Positions 1 through 8,642 of a stretch of DNA of 64,000 nt are shown one piece after another. Origin of the DNA: Bacillales bacterium (GTDB taxonomy: Bacteria > Bacillota > Bacilli > Bacillales > JAVBJX01); NCBI GenBank assembly GCA_031546705.1, contig JAVBJX010000026.1:13604-77603 (forward strand), in the 5' to 3' direction. Position 1 is the stretch's first letter, and each line of letters opens with the position of its first letter. A program made the translations under genes and the position numbers. Under the pieces are notes generated by a model. The model worked only from the letters and a program-made list of their open reading frames with translations, did not search any database and had not been told where the DNA came from.

Positions 1-216
1 AGGATTGGTTTAATAGACAATGGAGCCGTGTTGGTAGTTGTATAAAAACTTTCAGCGTGCTGCAAATAATAAACGAATGTATAGCTATTTTCGTAGCTTT
101 TTTGTTTGGCGTTATCGATATTCATTTGTTCATAGCATGTTTGTAAAAGTTTTTGAACAGTACTGACAGAGTAAAAAGTAGAAAATGTGTGCCATTCATT
201 GTTCATTGTTTTTCAC
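1..216 (-). CDS. yaaC: YaaC-like protein, 5' portion only (ORF runs off the left edge)
   Basis: Reverse-strand ATG at 216-214 with a GGGTGA SD upstream. The frame stays open to nt 1 (MNNEWHTFSTFYSV...NAKQKSYENSYTFVYYLQHAESFYTTTNTAPLSIKPIL). It resembles my recollection of B. subtilis YaaC (KKSYDNCYPFIYYLEHG...SPLSIQPIL), which lies in the same dacA neighbourhood. It is absent from the ORF track because there is no stop in the window. Confidence 0.55.
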
Positions 217-300
217 CCTTTCTTTTGAAGAACGCTATTTCTTGACAGTAGTATAACCACTTGTTACGCTAACTAGTAGCATCTCCACTGGGAAGGGGAT

Positions 301-1686
301 ATGTTTTATGAATCTGTTGGGGGGATATTGTTGAAAAAACTATGGAAAAAGTGCTTCATAACTGCTATTTTAACGCTCTTATCAGTAGCGATTATGATTC
401 CACAAGGAAATGTGTATGCAGATGGTGGAATATCCATTGAAGCAAAATCTGCAATTATGGTCGATGCAAAAACAGGTCGGATTCTTGTTGCACAAGATAT
501 TGATACTGTTTCAGGAATTGCTAGTATGACAAAAATGATGACAGAGTACTTATTGTTAGAGGCAGTAAAAGAAAAGAAAGTAACGTGGGATCAAGAATAT
601 GCTGTAAGTGAATATGCGTATAAAGTATCACAAAAACGTAATTTATCAAATGTGCCACTAAGAAAAGATGGAAAGTATACAATCAAAGAGCTTTACGAAG
701 CGATGGCCATTTATTCAGCAAACGGTGCATCTGTTTCTATTGCTGAAGCAGTTGCTGGCACAGAAGAGAATTTTGTGAAGATGATGAATGACAAAGCTGC
801 ACAAATGGGAATTAAAGATTTTAAATTCGTTAACAGTACAGGGTTAAATAATAAGGATTTACAAGGGTATCATCCAAAAACCTCTGGAACAAATGATGAA
901 AATGTCATGACTGCTAAAGGAGTTGCTACATTAGCGTACAACTTACTTCATGATTTTCCAGAAGTTACAGATACATCAAAGATTCCTAAAAAAGTATTCC
1001 GAGAAAAAACAAAAGATAAAATTAAAATGGATAATTGGAATTGGATGCTTCCTACACTTATTTATGGATATGAAGGAGTAGATGGTCTAAAAACAGGTCA
1101 TACAGATTTTGCTGGTTATTGTTTTGCAAGTACAGCAGAAAGAAATGGTATGAGATTAATTACAGTTGTTCTGGATGCAAAATTAAAAGGAAAGCCTTCT
1201 TACAAAGCCCGTTTTGATGCAACCAAAAAGTTGCTTGACTATGGTTTTGCTAACTATACAACTGAAGAATTATTTAAAGCTGGATATCAAGTAGATAAAA
1301 ACAAAACAGTTCCAGTTACTAAAGGAAAAGAAGATAATGTAACGATTGCGACAAAATCACCTATCTCTATGGTTATTAAACGTGGAGACAAAGGTAAATA
1401 TAAACCTGTCTATACCGCCGATAAAACAAAATTAGATAAAGATGGAAACCTGACTGCTCCAGTAAAAAAAGGAGATGTCGTGGGATCTTTGGCTGTACAA
1501 TATGATGGAGGATCAGATGGAGGATTTCTAACAGCGGAAGGGCAAAACTTAGTGAAAGTGGATGTTATTACTTCTGGCGATGTCGAAAAAGCTGGTACAT
1601 TTTCTTTAATTATGCGTAGTATTGGTGGTTTCTTTAGCGATGTTTGGAATGGTGCAGCTGATACAGTAAAAGGTTGGTTTTCATAA
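301..1686 (+). CDS. dacA: D-alanyl-D-alanine carboxypeptidase (low-MW PBP, PBP5-like)
   Basis: Signal peptide (KKCFITAILTLLSVAIMIPQGNVYA). Active-site motifs SxxK (ASMTKMM), SxN (YSANGA) and KTG (LKTGHT). The start is uncertain: ATG 301 abuts its SD, whereas TTG 328/331 lies 6 nt after GGGGGG and is more plausible. Confidence 0.9.
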   Translation: MFYESVGGILLKKLWKKCFITAILTLLSVAIMIPQGNVYADGGISIEAKSAIMVDAKTGRILVAQDIDTVSGIASMTKMMTEYLLLEAVKEKKVTWDQEYAVSEYAYKVSQKRNLSNVPLRKDGKYTIKELYEAMAIYSANGASVSIAEAVAGTEENFVKMMNDKAAQMGIKDFKFVNSTGLNNKDLQGYHPKTSGTNDENVMTAKGVATLAYNLLHDFPEVTDTSKIPKKVFREKTKDKIKMDNWNWMLPTLIYGYEGVDGLKTGHTDFAGYCFASTAERNGMRLITVVLDAKLKGKPSYKARFDATKKLLDYGFANYTTEELFKAGYQVDKNKTVPVTKGKEDNVTIATKSPISMVIKRGDKGKYKPVYTADKTKLDKDGNLTAPVKKGDVVGSLAVQYDGGSDGGFLTAEGQNLVKVDVITSGDVEKAGTFSLIMRSIGGFFSDVWNGAADTVKGWFS

Positions 1687-1734
1687 TACCCTTGCTTTTT
1701 TTGAATAGTTATAGTAGAGTAGACTTCAAAATAT

Positions 1735-1961
1735 TGATAATGCGTTGATAGGAAATAGTAGCAAGTAACTTTGTCTTTAGAGAGCTGATGGGTGGTGTAA
1801 ATCAGTGTCAAGCCTTGCGAATCCATCCTTGAGCGGCATACGAACATTTTAAGTATGCACGGAAGAGTCCGTTATAATTTTTTCGAGTGGAAGATATATC
1901 TTCAACTAGGGTGGCAACACGGGTAAATTCTCGTCCCTTTTTTAGGGACGGGATTTTTTTA
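1735..1961 (+). promoter_or_regulatory. T-box riboswitch leader of serS, Ser specifier UCC
   Basis: Stem I elements are present: AGAGAG bulge and distal GCTGATGGGTGGTG. The specifier-loop context GAA-TCC-A lies at 1819-1825, with the codon at 1822-1824. The T-box sequence AGGGTGGCAACACGG lies at ~1907-1921. The terminator is CGTCCCT-tttt-AGGGACG plus a T-run (1931-1961), just before the serS SD. Confidence 0.85.
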
Positions 1962-1981
1962 TTTAAAAAGGAGGAAGAAGT

Positions 1982-3259
1982 ATGTTAGATGCAAAGTTTT
2001 TACGAACTAATTATGAGGAAATCAAAGAAAAATTACAGAGTCGTGGGGAAGATTTAACAGATTTTGGCAGATTTGGTGAGTTGGATGTTCGCCGCCGAGA
2101 ATTGCTTGCTGAAACAGAAGTATTAAAAAAGAAACGGAATGATGCTTCTGAGCAAGTAGCTTTACTTAAAAGAAATAAGCAAGATGCTGAAGCACTTATT
2201 GTAGAAATGCGTGAGGTTGGTGACAAAATCAAAACGATTGATGAAGAGTTACGAAAAATAGAAGCAGATTTTGAATTGGTTATGTTATCTATACCAAATA
2301 TTCCCCATGAATCTGTTCCTGTTGGGACTTCAGAGGATGACAATCAAACTCTTCGGACTTGGGGAGAAGTACCAACATTTTCTTTTGATCCAAAAGCACA
2401 TTGGGATATTGCGACAGAGCTTGGAGTATTGGACTTTGAGAAAGCGGCAAAAGTAACAGGAAGTCGGTTTGTGTTCTATAAAGGAATGGGAGCGAGACTT
2501 GAGAGAGCATTAATGAGTTTTATGTTAGATTTACATATCGATGAACATGGATATGAGGAAGTATTGCCGCCATATATCGTAAATCGTGCAAGTATGACTG
2601 GTACAGGACAGTTACCTAAATTTGAAGAAGATGCATTTCGTATTGAGAGTGAAGATTATTTCTTAGTTCCAACAGCAGAAGTACCTGTAACAAATATGCA
2701 TCGTGATGAAATTTTATCATTAGAAGAACTTCCTTTAAGTTATGCAGCGTATAGTGCTTGCTTTCGTTCTGAAGCGGGATCTGCTGGTCGTGACACTCGT
2801 GGATTAATTCGTCAGCATCAATTTAATAAAGTGGAACTCGTGAAGTTTGTTACTCCAGAAAATTCTTATGAGGAATTAGAAAAATTAACAGGACATGCGG
2901 AGAAAGTATTACAATTACTCAAATTACCGTATCGAGTACTTCGGATGTGTACGGCTGACTTAGGTTTTACAGCAGCAAAAAAATATGATATTGAAGTGTG
3001 GATTCCAAGCTATGGCACATATCGAGAAATTTCTTCTTGTTCTAACTTTGAAGCATTTCAAGCTCGGCGAGCAAATATTCGCTTCCGCCGTGAGCAAAAT
3101 GCAAAACTGGAATTTGTTCATACATTGAACGGGTCAGGACTTGCGATTGGGCGGACTGTTGCCGCTATTTTGGAAAATTATCAGCAAGAGGATGGAACAG
3201 TGATTATTCCGGAAGTGTTAAGACCTTATATGGGAAATAGAGAAGTAATTTCAAATTAA
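1982..3259 (+). CDS. serS: seryl-tRNA synthetase
   Basis: 425 aa with the N-terminal coiled-coil arm and class II core motifs ([30 protein letters not shown]). It is preceded by a Ser T-box. Confidence 0.97.
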   Translation: MLDAKFLRTNYEEIKEKLQSRGEDLTDFGRFGELDVRRRELLAETEVLKKKRNDASEQVALLKRNKQDAEALIVEMREVGDKIKTIDEELRKIEADFELVMLSIPNIPHESVPVGTSEDDNQTLRTWGEVPTFSFDPKAHWDIATELGVLDFEKAAKVTGSRFVFYKGMGARLERALMSFMLDLHIDEHGYEEVLPPYIVNRASMTGTGQLPKFEEDAFRIESEDYFLVPTAEVPVTNMHRDEILSLEELPLSYAAYSACFRSEAGSAGRDTRGLIRQHQFNKVELVKFVTPENSYEELEKLTGHAEKVLQLLKLPYRVLRMCTADLGFTAAKKYDIEVWIPSYGTYREISSCSNFEAFQARRANIRFRREQNAKLEFVHTLNGSGLAIGRTVAAILENYQQEDGTVIIPEVLRPYMGNREVISN

Positions 3260-3312
3260 AAGAGGATGGGGTAATCAAGGTGGTTTTTACCACTTTTGCC
3301 CCATCCTCTTTT
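3258..3312. terminator. bidirectional intrinsic terminator between serS and the MerR gene
   Basis: A 14-bp perfect stem, AAAAGAGGATGGGG (3258-3271) with CCCCATCCTCTTTT (3299-3312), plus an inner GGTGG/CCAC hairpin. A/T runs lie on both sides. Confidence 0.75.
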
Positions 3313-3314
3313 AA

Positions 3315-4079
3315 TTACTTCTTCATTCCAGTGTAAATATGAACCGCATCTCTTAAAAATTCAGCCGTACCCGGTTGTTCTTTATCATAGTAAGCAGTGA
3401 ATCTTTCATCATCTACATACATTTGGGCAAGCCCTGCATGAGCTTCTTTTGAGTAAGCATCCCAGTAAAAACATAACCATTGACGGTGTAAATCTGCTGC
3501 TTTTTGGGCTAATTCTCCTGCTGGATCACCATTTTTGAACGCTTCGCTAAGTGTTGTAATAACATCATCGGCTAACTGGGTTACGGTATCGTATTCTTCT
3601 TGGGTCATGCCTTTTACTTTTTGATTTGATTTATTTACAGCATTATCCCCGTATTTTTCCCGTACTTCTTTTCCATATTTTTTTTCGTTGTCGTCAACCA
3701 GTCTTTGTTTGAAGCCTTCAAATTTTTCTTTATTACTCATTGTTATTCTCCCTTCTGTTGAAGCAATTGTTTTTTCAACATTGGCTATTAATGAATTTAA
3801 CTGACTTCTTTTTTCGAGCAGTTTTTCATGGTGTTCTTTTAGTGCCTTTGAACTGTCAAAAGATGGTGCTGTGACAATAGCTTTAATACTTTCTAAGCTC
3901 ACACCAAGTTCCCGATAAAAAAGTATTTGCTGTAACTTATCGACTTTCTCTTGACCATAAATGCGATAACCGGATGAATTTATTCTTGTAGGCTGGAGCA
4001 TATCAATTTCATCGTAGTATCGTAATGTTCTTGTGCTAATACCTGCGAGCTTAGCAAGCTTTTGGATTGTGTATTCCAT
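3315..4079 (-). CDS. MerR-family regulator, TipA/Mta-like (N-terminal HTH, C-terminal TipAS-type domain)
   Basis: N-terminus YTIQKLAKLAGISTRTLRYYDEIDMLQP...GYRIYGQEKVDKLQQILFYRELG is the MerR HTH plus coiled coil. The length (254 aa) and C-terminal half are like B. subtilis Mta. Confidence 0.8.
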   Translation of the reverse strand: MEYTIQKLAKLAGISTRTLRYYDEIDMLQPTRINSSGYRIYGQEKVDKLQQILFYRELGVSLESIKAIVTAPSFDSSKALKEHHEKLLEKRSQLNSLIANVEKTIASTEGRITMSNKEKFEGFKQRLVDDNEKKYGKEVREKYGDNAVNKSNQKVKGMTQEEYDTVTQLADDVITTLSEAFKNGDPAGELAQKAADLHRQWLCFYWDAYSKEAHAGLAQMYVDDERFTAYYDKEQPGTAEFLRDAVHIYTGMKK

Positions 4080-4185
4080 AAAGTCACCTCCTGATAACTT
4101 AACTATAAACTTTGACGTAACGTGAAGGTCAAGAGGTTTTTTTAAAAATTTTCTAACGAAAGTTTACTTATTATTTTCAGTGATA

Positions 4186-4553
4186 CTATCTCCAAATCCA
4201 CTTGGAAAAATATTTATTTACAGAAACTTGTACATATTGTTCCCCTGTACCATTTTCAAACATTAAGCGTAAGCCACTACGTTTTTCCTCATTTTCCTTA
4301 AAACCTTCATTTTCCATGTAATCTGAAAGTAAATTGTAGGTGTCATCGGGCTTTGCAAAAATAACTTTAGGATATTGTTGTATCTCCACATATGTAGCAT
4401 CAGTAAAAATAATTTTCACTAAACCAATGACTACTGAGCTTGGGTTAGCGACCGGAAACTTTGCATATGAAATAAAGCAGAAATACAAATCATAACAATT
4501 AGACCAATCCATAAAACAAGTCCCTTTTTATTTCTCTTAAACTCGGTAGCCAA
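4186..4553 (-). pseudogene. small membrane-anchored protein, apparently split by a 1-nt frameshift
   Basis: GGAGGTG SD then TTG at 4553 opens a frame encoding a classic N-terminal anchor (ATEFKRNKKGLVLWIGLIVMICISALFHMQ). That frame stops at 4431-4433. The track ORF (4186-4512) is in another frame, and its first ~25 codons look non-protein-like. The two frames join sensibly at the A/T3 run at 4460-4462. Confidence 0.45.
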
Positions 4554-4565
4554 CAAAACACCTCC

Positions 4566-5234
4566 TTATTTCATCGTAATCGGTTGCAAACATTCTCCAA
4601 TCTTTTCAACTAACACTTCAATCCCTTGCTCATCATGAATAAGATCATAATCTTGAATATTCAATTTAAGGACTGGACAAGCAGTAAAATTATCAATCCA
4701 ATATTTATAACGTGTATGCATCTCTTGCCAATAGGTAATCGGTGTGTGCTGTTCTTCGGTACGACCTCGTTCTTGAATACGGGTGACAATGTCGTCTAAA
4801 TTTCCATCTAAGTACAAAAGTAAGTCGGGATGAGGGAAATATGGAGTCATGACCATTGCCTCAAACAAACTAGTATATGTACGATAATCCATTTCTGTCA
4901 TTGTTCCCTTTTCATAGTGCATTTTCGCAAAAATACCAGTGTCTTCGTAAATGGAGCGGTCTTGAATGACACCGCCACCTTGTTCAAAAATATGTTTTTG
5001 TTTTTTAAAACGCTCTGCAAGAAAGTAAATTTGTAAATGAAAGCTCCATCTTTCAAAGTCATTATAAAATTTATCTAAATATGGATTGTCATCTACTTCT
5101 TCAAATGATGCTCGAAAGCCAAGTGCTTTAGCAAGTGCATTAGTCATTGTTGATTTACCAACACCAACTGTTCCAGCGACAGTGATAATAGTATATTCTT
5201 TAATATGATATTTTTCTCGTAAGTTCATGGTCAT
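4566..5234 (-). CDS. dck: deoxyadenosine/deoxycytidine kinase
   Basis: P-loop AGTVGVGKST followed by long stretches that match my memory of B. subtilis Dck (EEVDxNPYLxKFYxDFERWSFHLQIYFLAERFK, DRSIYEDTGIFAKMH, TSLFEAMVMTPYFPHPD). Confidence 0.9.
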   Translation of the reverse strand: MTMNLREKYHIKEYTIITVAGTVGVGKSTMTNALAKALGFRASFEEVDDNPYLDKFYNDFERWSFHLQIYFLAERFKKQKHIFEQGGGVIQDRSIYEDTGIFAKMHYEKGTMTEMDYRTYTSLFEAMVMTPYFPHPDLLLYLDGNLDDIVTRIQERGRTEEQHTPITYWQEMHTRYKYWIDNFTACPVLKLNIQDYDLIHDEQGIEVLVEKIGECLQPITMK

Positions 5235-5413
5235 CCTCCTTACCCATAGAAATCATTTTACCATAGGATAGAATGATGAGGGGGTTTTTATTTTGGTGCA
5301 AAACGTATTTGTTTGTACTAATATTTTTAGAAAAAACCTTGACTTGTATCACAGCATTTGGAAATAATAAGTAGTATGCTTAACATAACATAAACAAAAA
5401 GGAGATATGTACG

Positions 5414-5914
5414 ATGGAATGTTTTGGTAATTTTTCTGTGAAACCAATCACTGAATATTGTCCAGCTATTCAAAGTTTACTTGATGAGCATCCAATATTG
5501 CGTGAACAAATGTCCGATATGTCAAAAAAAGGACAAGAATTGATTAAAACAGGAAAAGGTGTGGAAGAATTAATTCAACTCGAAAAGAAATTTAGAGTAG
5601 AGCTTGATGTACATGCGGAGAAAGAAGAGGGTGCTTTATTTCCGATGGTTGGTAAATATATTGGCACAGAAACAGGGCCGATTGCTGTGATGGAGTATGA
5701 ACATGAACAAGCTAAGAATCTTCTTGTATTATTTGAAGAAAAAGCACAAGACTTAACAGAAGACACACCATCACAACTTGCTAATATATTGATTGATGCT
5801 TGCAATATATTGTCATCCCACTTTGATAAAGAAGAACAAGTATTGTTTCCAGCAGCGGAAAATATGTTGAGTGTGGATGAGAAAGATGAACTGTTTAAAA
5901 TGATGGGGTTATAG
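5414..5914 (+). CDS. hemerythrin (HHE cation-binding) domain protein
   Basis: Repeated H/E metal-ligand motifs (HPILREQ, HAEKEEGALFP, EYEHEQA, HFDKEEQVLFP). AGGAG SD. Confidence 0.75.
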   Translation: MECFGNFSVKPITEYCPAIQSLLDEHPILREQMSDMSKKGQELIKTGKGVEELIQLEKKFRVELDVHAEKEEGALFPMVGKYIGTETGPIAVMEYEHEQAKNLLVLFEEKAQDLTEDTPSQLANILIDACNILSSHFDKEEQVLFPAAENMLSVDEKDELFKMMGL

Positions 5915-5953
5915 AAAATAATGAAACCGATTTAGCTGTGAATTTTCTAAGCA

Positions 5954-5994
5954 AAAAGGGAGTATGGACGTAGTTGCTCACACTCCCTTTTTTT
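5954..5994. terminator. bidirectional terminator between the hemerythrin gene and yaaH
   Basis: AAAGGGAGT...ACTCCCTTT 9-bp stem flanked by A- and T-runs. Confidence 0.7.
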
Positions 5995-7277
5995 CATCCT
6001 CGTTTCACCACTTGAAAATTATCTTGAATCAAAAGCCAATTCTGAGGAAAAGCAAGACCTAATTTCCAGTAGCTAATACCACGCAATTTTAGTTCCTTGA
6101 GAAGATTAAATTTTGCCTGAATAGAACGAGCGTCTTCAAACCAAACGACATGTTCTTTGCCATCACGTCTATAAGAAAAATGTGGTGCTTGGGCAACGGT
6201 GTCGTATTCAATAGCGGCATTATGTTGACGTGCGAGTGCAATAGCTTGTTGTGGGCTAACAACCTTTGCATATGTTCCTTCTACAAATGGAAGTGTCCAA
6301 TCATAACCATATAGATTCTGTCCCATCATAATTTTTTGTGAAGGAATTTCAGTTACGGCATATTCGAGAACTTTACGAACTTGATTAATTGGTGACACAG
6401 CCATAGCTGGTCCTCCGCTGTATCCCCACTCATACGTCATTATCACGACAAAATCAACAATTTCTCCATGTGCTTTATAATCGTGTGCCTCGTACCATTT
6501 TCCTTTCTGCATGGCACTTGTCTTAGGAGCAAGTGCAGTGGACAAGAGCCATCCTTCTTGGTGAAATCGCTGTTTTGCTTTTCGTAAAAATTGATTATAA
6601 GCTTCTCGATCTTGGGGACGTAAATATTCCATATCAAAATGAATGTCTTTGAAATTATATTTTTTGGCTGTGGCAACGATATTTGTTAGCAGTTTGTTTT
6701 GTAGTGCTTCATCATTTAAAATTAATGCCCCAAGTGTGTCGCTAAACTGGTCATTCTCCAGATTTGTTACGACCATAATGAGGGTTGTGTTTGTGTTATT
6801 AGCAATGGAAGGAAAGTTGTACAACTCAGGTTCTTGTAGGGAACCATCTCGTTTGATTTGAAAACTAAAGGGTGCTAAATAAGTAAGAAGTGGTGCAACC
6901 TCCCGTGTATATTTTTCTAAGGCAGGAACAGCAGCAGGCGTTTGTGGCTCAACATAGCCGTTTACTTCTGTCTTTGTTTTTTTTGCAGGTGGGATATATA
7001 ACTTTTGTCCAACTTTGAGTGGCGTGTTTAGAGAAATATTATTTACTCTGGCGAGTTGTGCCGTGGTTATTCCAACACGCCGTGAGATAATCGGAAGTGT
7101 GTCGCCGGGCAGAACCCAATAGAAACGCCCAACAATTGGAATGACAAGTGCTTGACCAATAACAAGTTGGTCTTGCTCATTTATTTGATTTGCGTCAGTG
7201 ATTTTTTTTACGGTTGTATTGTAAGCTTCGGCAATACTATATAATGATTGTCCTTGCCGAACGACATGAATTTGCAT
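5994..7277 (-). CDS. yaaH: spore cortex/peptidoglycan hydrolase YaaH/SleL (2 x LysM + GH18)
   Basis: 427 aa, the same length as B. subtilis YaaH. It has two N-terminal LysM repeats and long matches to YaaH (FDMEYLRPQDREAYNQFLR, YEAHDYKAHGEIVDFVVIMTYEWGYSGGP, VWFEDARSIQAKFNL, RGISYWKLGL). Confidence 0.9.
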   Translation of the reverse strand: MQIHVVRQGQSLYSIAEAYNTTVKKITDANQINEQDQLVIGQALVIPIVGRFYWVLPGDTLPIISRRVGITTAQLARVNNISLNTPLKVGQKLYIPPAKKTKTEVNGYVEPQTPAAVPALEKYTREVAPLLTYLAPFSFQIKRDGSLQEPELYNFPSIANNTNTTLIMVVTNLENDQFSDTLGALILNDEALQNKLLTNIVATAKKYNFKDIHFDMEYLRPQDREAYNQFLRKAKQRFHQEGWLLSTALAPKTSAMQKGKWYEAHDYKAHGEIVDFVVIMTYEWGYSGGPAMAVSPINQVRKVLEYAVTEIPSQKIMMGQNLYGYDWTLPFVEGTYAKVVSPQQAIALARQHNAAIEYDTVAQAPHFSYRRDGKEHVVWFEDARSIQAKFNLLKELKLRGISYWKLGLAFPQNWLLIQDNFQVVKRG

Positions 7278-7449
7278 ATGATTCCTCCCTTAGAGGTGAA
7301 ATTATTTTAGTCAGTGTACTTTTGATTTTATGAAGGAGGGCATGTCTTAATGACAAAGGTAAATTTTACAGGAGAAAAAGTTAGTATGAGACAACGAATA
7401 TAGTATAGAATTGATTATAGAAAAAATGAATGTTTATTAAGGTGCCTAA

Positions 7450-7944
7450 ATGAACGATGAATACTATATGAAATTAGCAATAGAAGAAGCAAAAAAAGCA
7501 GAAGCAATTGGTGAAGTTCCCATTGGAGCAATTATTGTGCAAGGGGAAGAAATTGTATCAACCGCTTATAATTTACGAGAAAGTGAAAATCGAGCGATTG
7601 CTCATGCGGAATTACTAGCAATTGATCTTGCTTGTAAAAAAACAAATTCATGGCGACTTGAACATGCGACACTCTATGTCACGCTTGAGCCATGTGCGAT
7701 GTGTGCAGGAGCCATTCTTCTATCAAGAGTTGAACGGGTTGTTTTTGGAGCAATTGATTCAAAAGGTGGTTGTGCAGGGACGATTGTTAATTTATTACAA
7801 GAGTCACGTTTTAATCATGAAGCAGAAGTGGTGAGTGGTGTATTGGCGGATGAATGTGGACAATTACTTAGTGATTTTTTTCGGAAGATTAGGGAAGAAA
7901 AGAAGAGTAGGAAGTTGGAAAAGAATTTACTTAAAAATGAATAG
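7450..7944 (+). CDS. tadA: tRNA-specific adenosine deaminase
   Basis: CDA zinc motifs HAE (AHAELLAI) and PCxxC (LEPCAMCAGA). The position upstream of scr matches Bacillus. Confidence 0.93.
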   Translation: MNDEYYMKLAIEEAKKAEAIGEVPIGAIIVQGEEIVSTAYNLRESENRAIAHAELLAIDLACKKTNSWRLEHATLYVTLEPCAMCAGAILLSRVERVVFGAIDSKGGCAGTIVNLLQESRFNHEAEVVSGVLADECGQLLSDFFRKIREEKKSRKLEKNLLKNE

Positions 7945-7999
7945 CTAGAACAAAATGTTAGCAACAAAATCCTCACCAATAATTAACAAAACACAAGCG

Positions 8000-8028
8000 T
8001 TGCATTTCAAAAGAAAAAACGATATACT
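8000..8028 (+). promoter_or_regulatory. sigma-A type promoter of scr
   Basis: TTGCAT (8000-8005), 17-nt spacer, TATACT (8023-8028), ~6 nt before the start of SRP RNA homology. Confidence 0.6.
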
Positions 8029-8033
8029 TATAA

Positions 8034-8302
8034 GTGCTGTGCTAGGTGGGGAGTTAGCGGTGCCCTGTACTTGCAATCCGCTTTAGCAAGACGGAATTCC
8101 TTCTTTCGGCGTGTGTGTTTTGAGGTCTGCCTTAAGTAAGTGGCGTTGATGCTTGGATCCTACGCAATGGGAATTTGTGAACGTGTCAGGTCCGGAAGGA
8201 AGCAGCAATAAGCGAACAATCTCATGTGCCGTGGGGGTATCTGAGCGGAGCAAACTGCTTGAGTAACGCTTGGGATAGCACGTCAACAGAAGGTGCACAG
8301 TA
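8034..8302 (+). ncRNA. scr: signal recognition particle RNA (Bacillus-type long scRNA, ~270 nt)
   Basis: Near-colinear match to the B. subtilis scRNA as I remember it: GTGCTGTGCTAGGTGGGGAG..GCGGTGCCCTGTAC.TGCAATCCGCT...GTCAGGTCCGGAAGGAAGCAGCA...CTGCTTGAGTAACGCTTGGGATAGC..CGACAGAAGGTGCAC. Confidence 0.92.
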
Positions 8303-8318
8303 TAAAATAATAAGTATA

Positions 8319-8350
8319 AGCCGACTTAGGTTTCTAGGTCGGTTTTTTTA
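8319..8350 (+). terminator. intrinsic terminator after scr
   Basis: CCGAC..TAGG/..TAGGTCGG hairpin followed by T7. Confidence 0.65.
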
Positions 8351-8396
8351 TGTTTTTTAACATATTTAAGTTAAATGATATACTTCCGCTATATTT

Positions 8397-8559
8397 TTAA
8401 CAATGCTTAGAGAGATGAGAATTTTTTAAGAAATTCCCAGATTCCTCTGCTTGCTGAATGCCTAGACTATTTAAAGGTATATCGGTTTTTCCTTGAAGTT
8501 TTCCTAAAACGTTCCACTGTATCCCCATGTCTTATTAAACATATCTTAGTGATTTTAAT
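8397..8559 (-). pseudogene. histidine phosphatase (phosphoglycerate-mutase family) N-terminal remnant, frameshifted and truncated
   Basis: One frame reads KICLIRHGDT (RHG catalytic motif). The continuation QWNVLGKLQGKTDIPLNSLGIQQAEESGNFLKNS is in a different frame and ends at TAA 8397-8399 after ~45 codons. There is no ATG/GTG/TTG start and no remainder of the ~190-aa family. Confidence 0.55.
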
Positions 8560-8642
8560 TCATCCTTTCCAGCTATGTATATTACATAAAATAAAACTCC
8601 CATCAGCAGGAGCAAAAAACTCTTACACCGATGGAAGTCTAT

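Noticed and set aside
1-30. AGGATTGGTT at the window start matches the 5' stem arm of repeat copy 4
   Set aside because: The conserved loop does not follow it. The sequence lies inside the YaaC-like coding frame (SIKPIL), so the 10-nt match is most likely chance.
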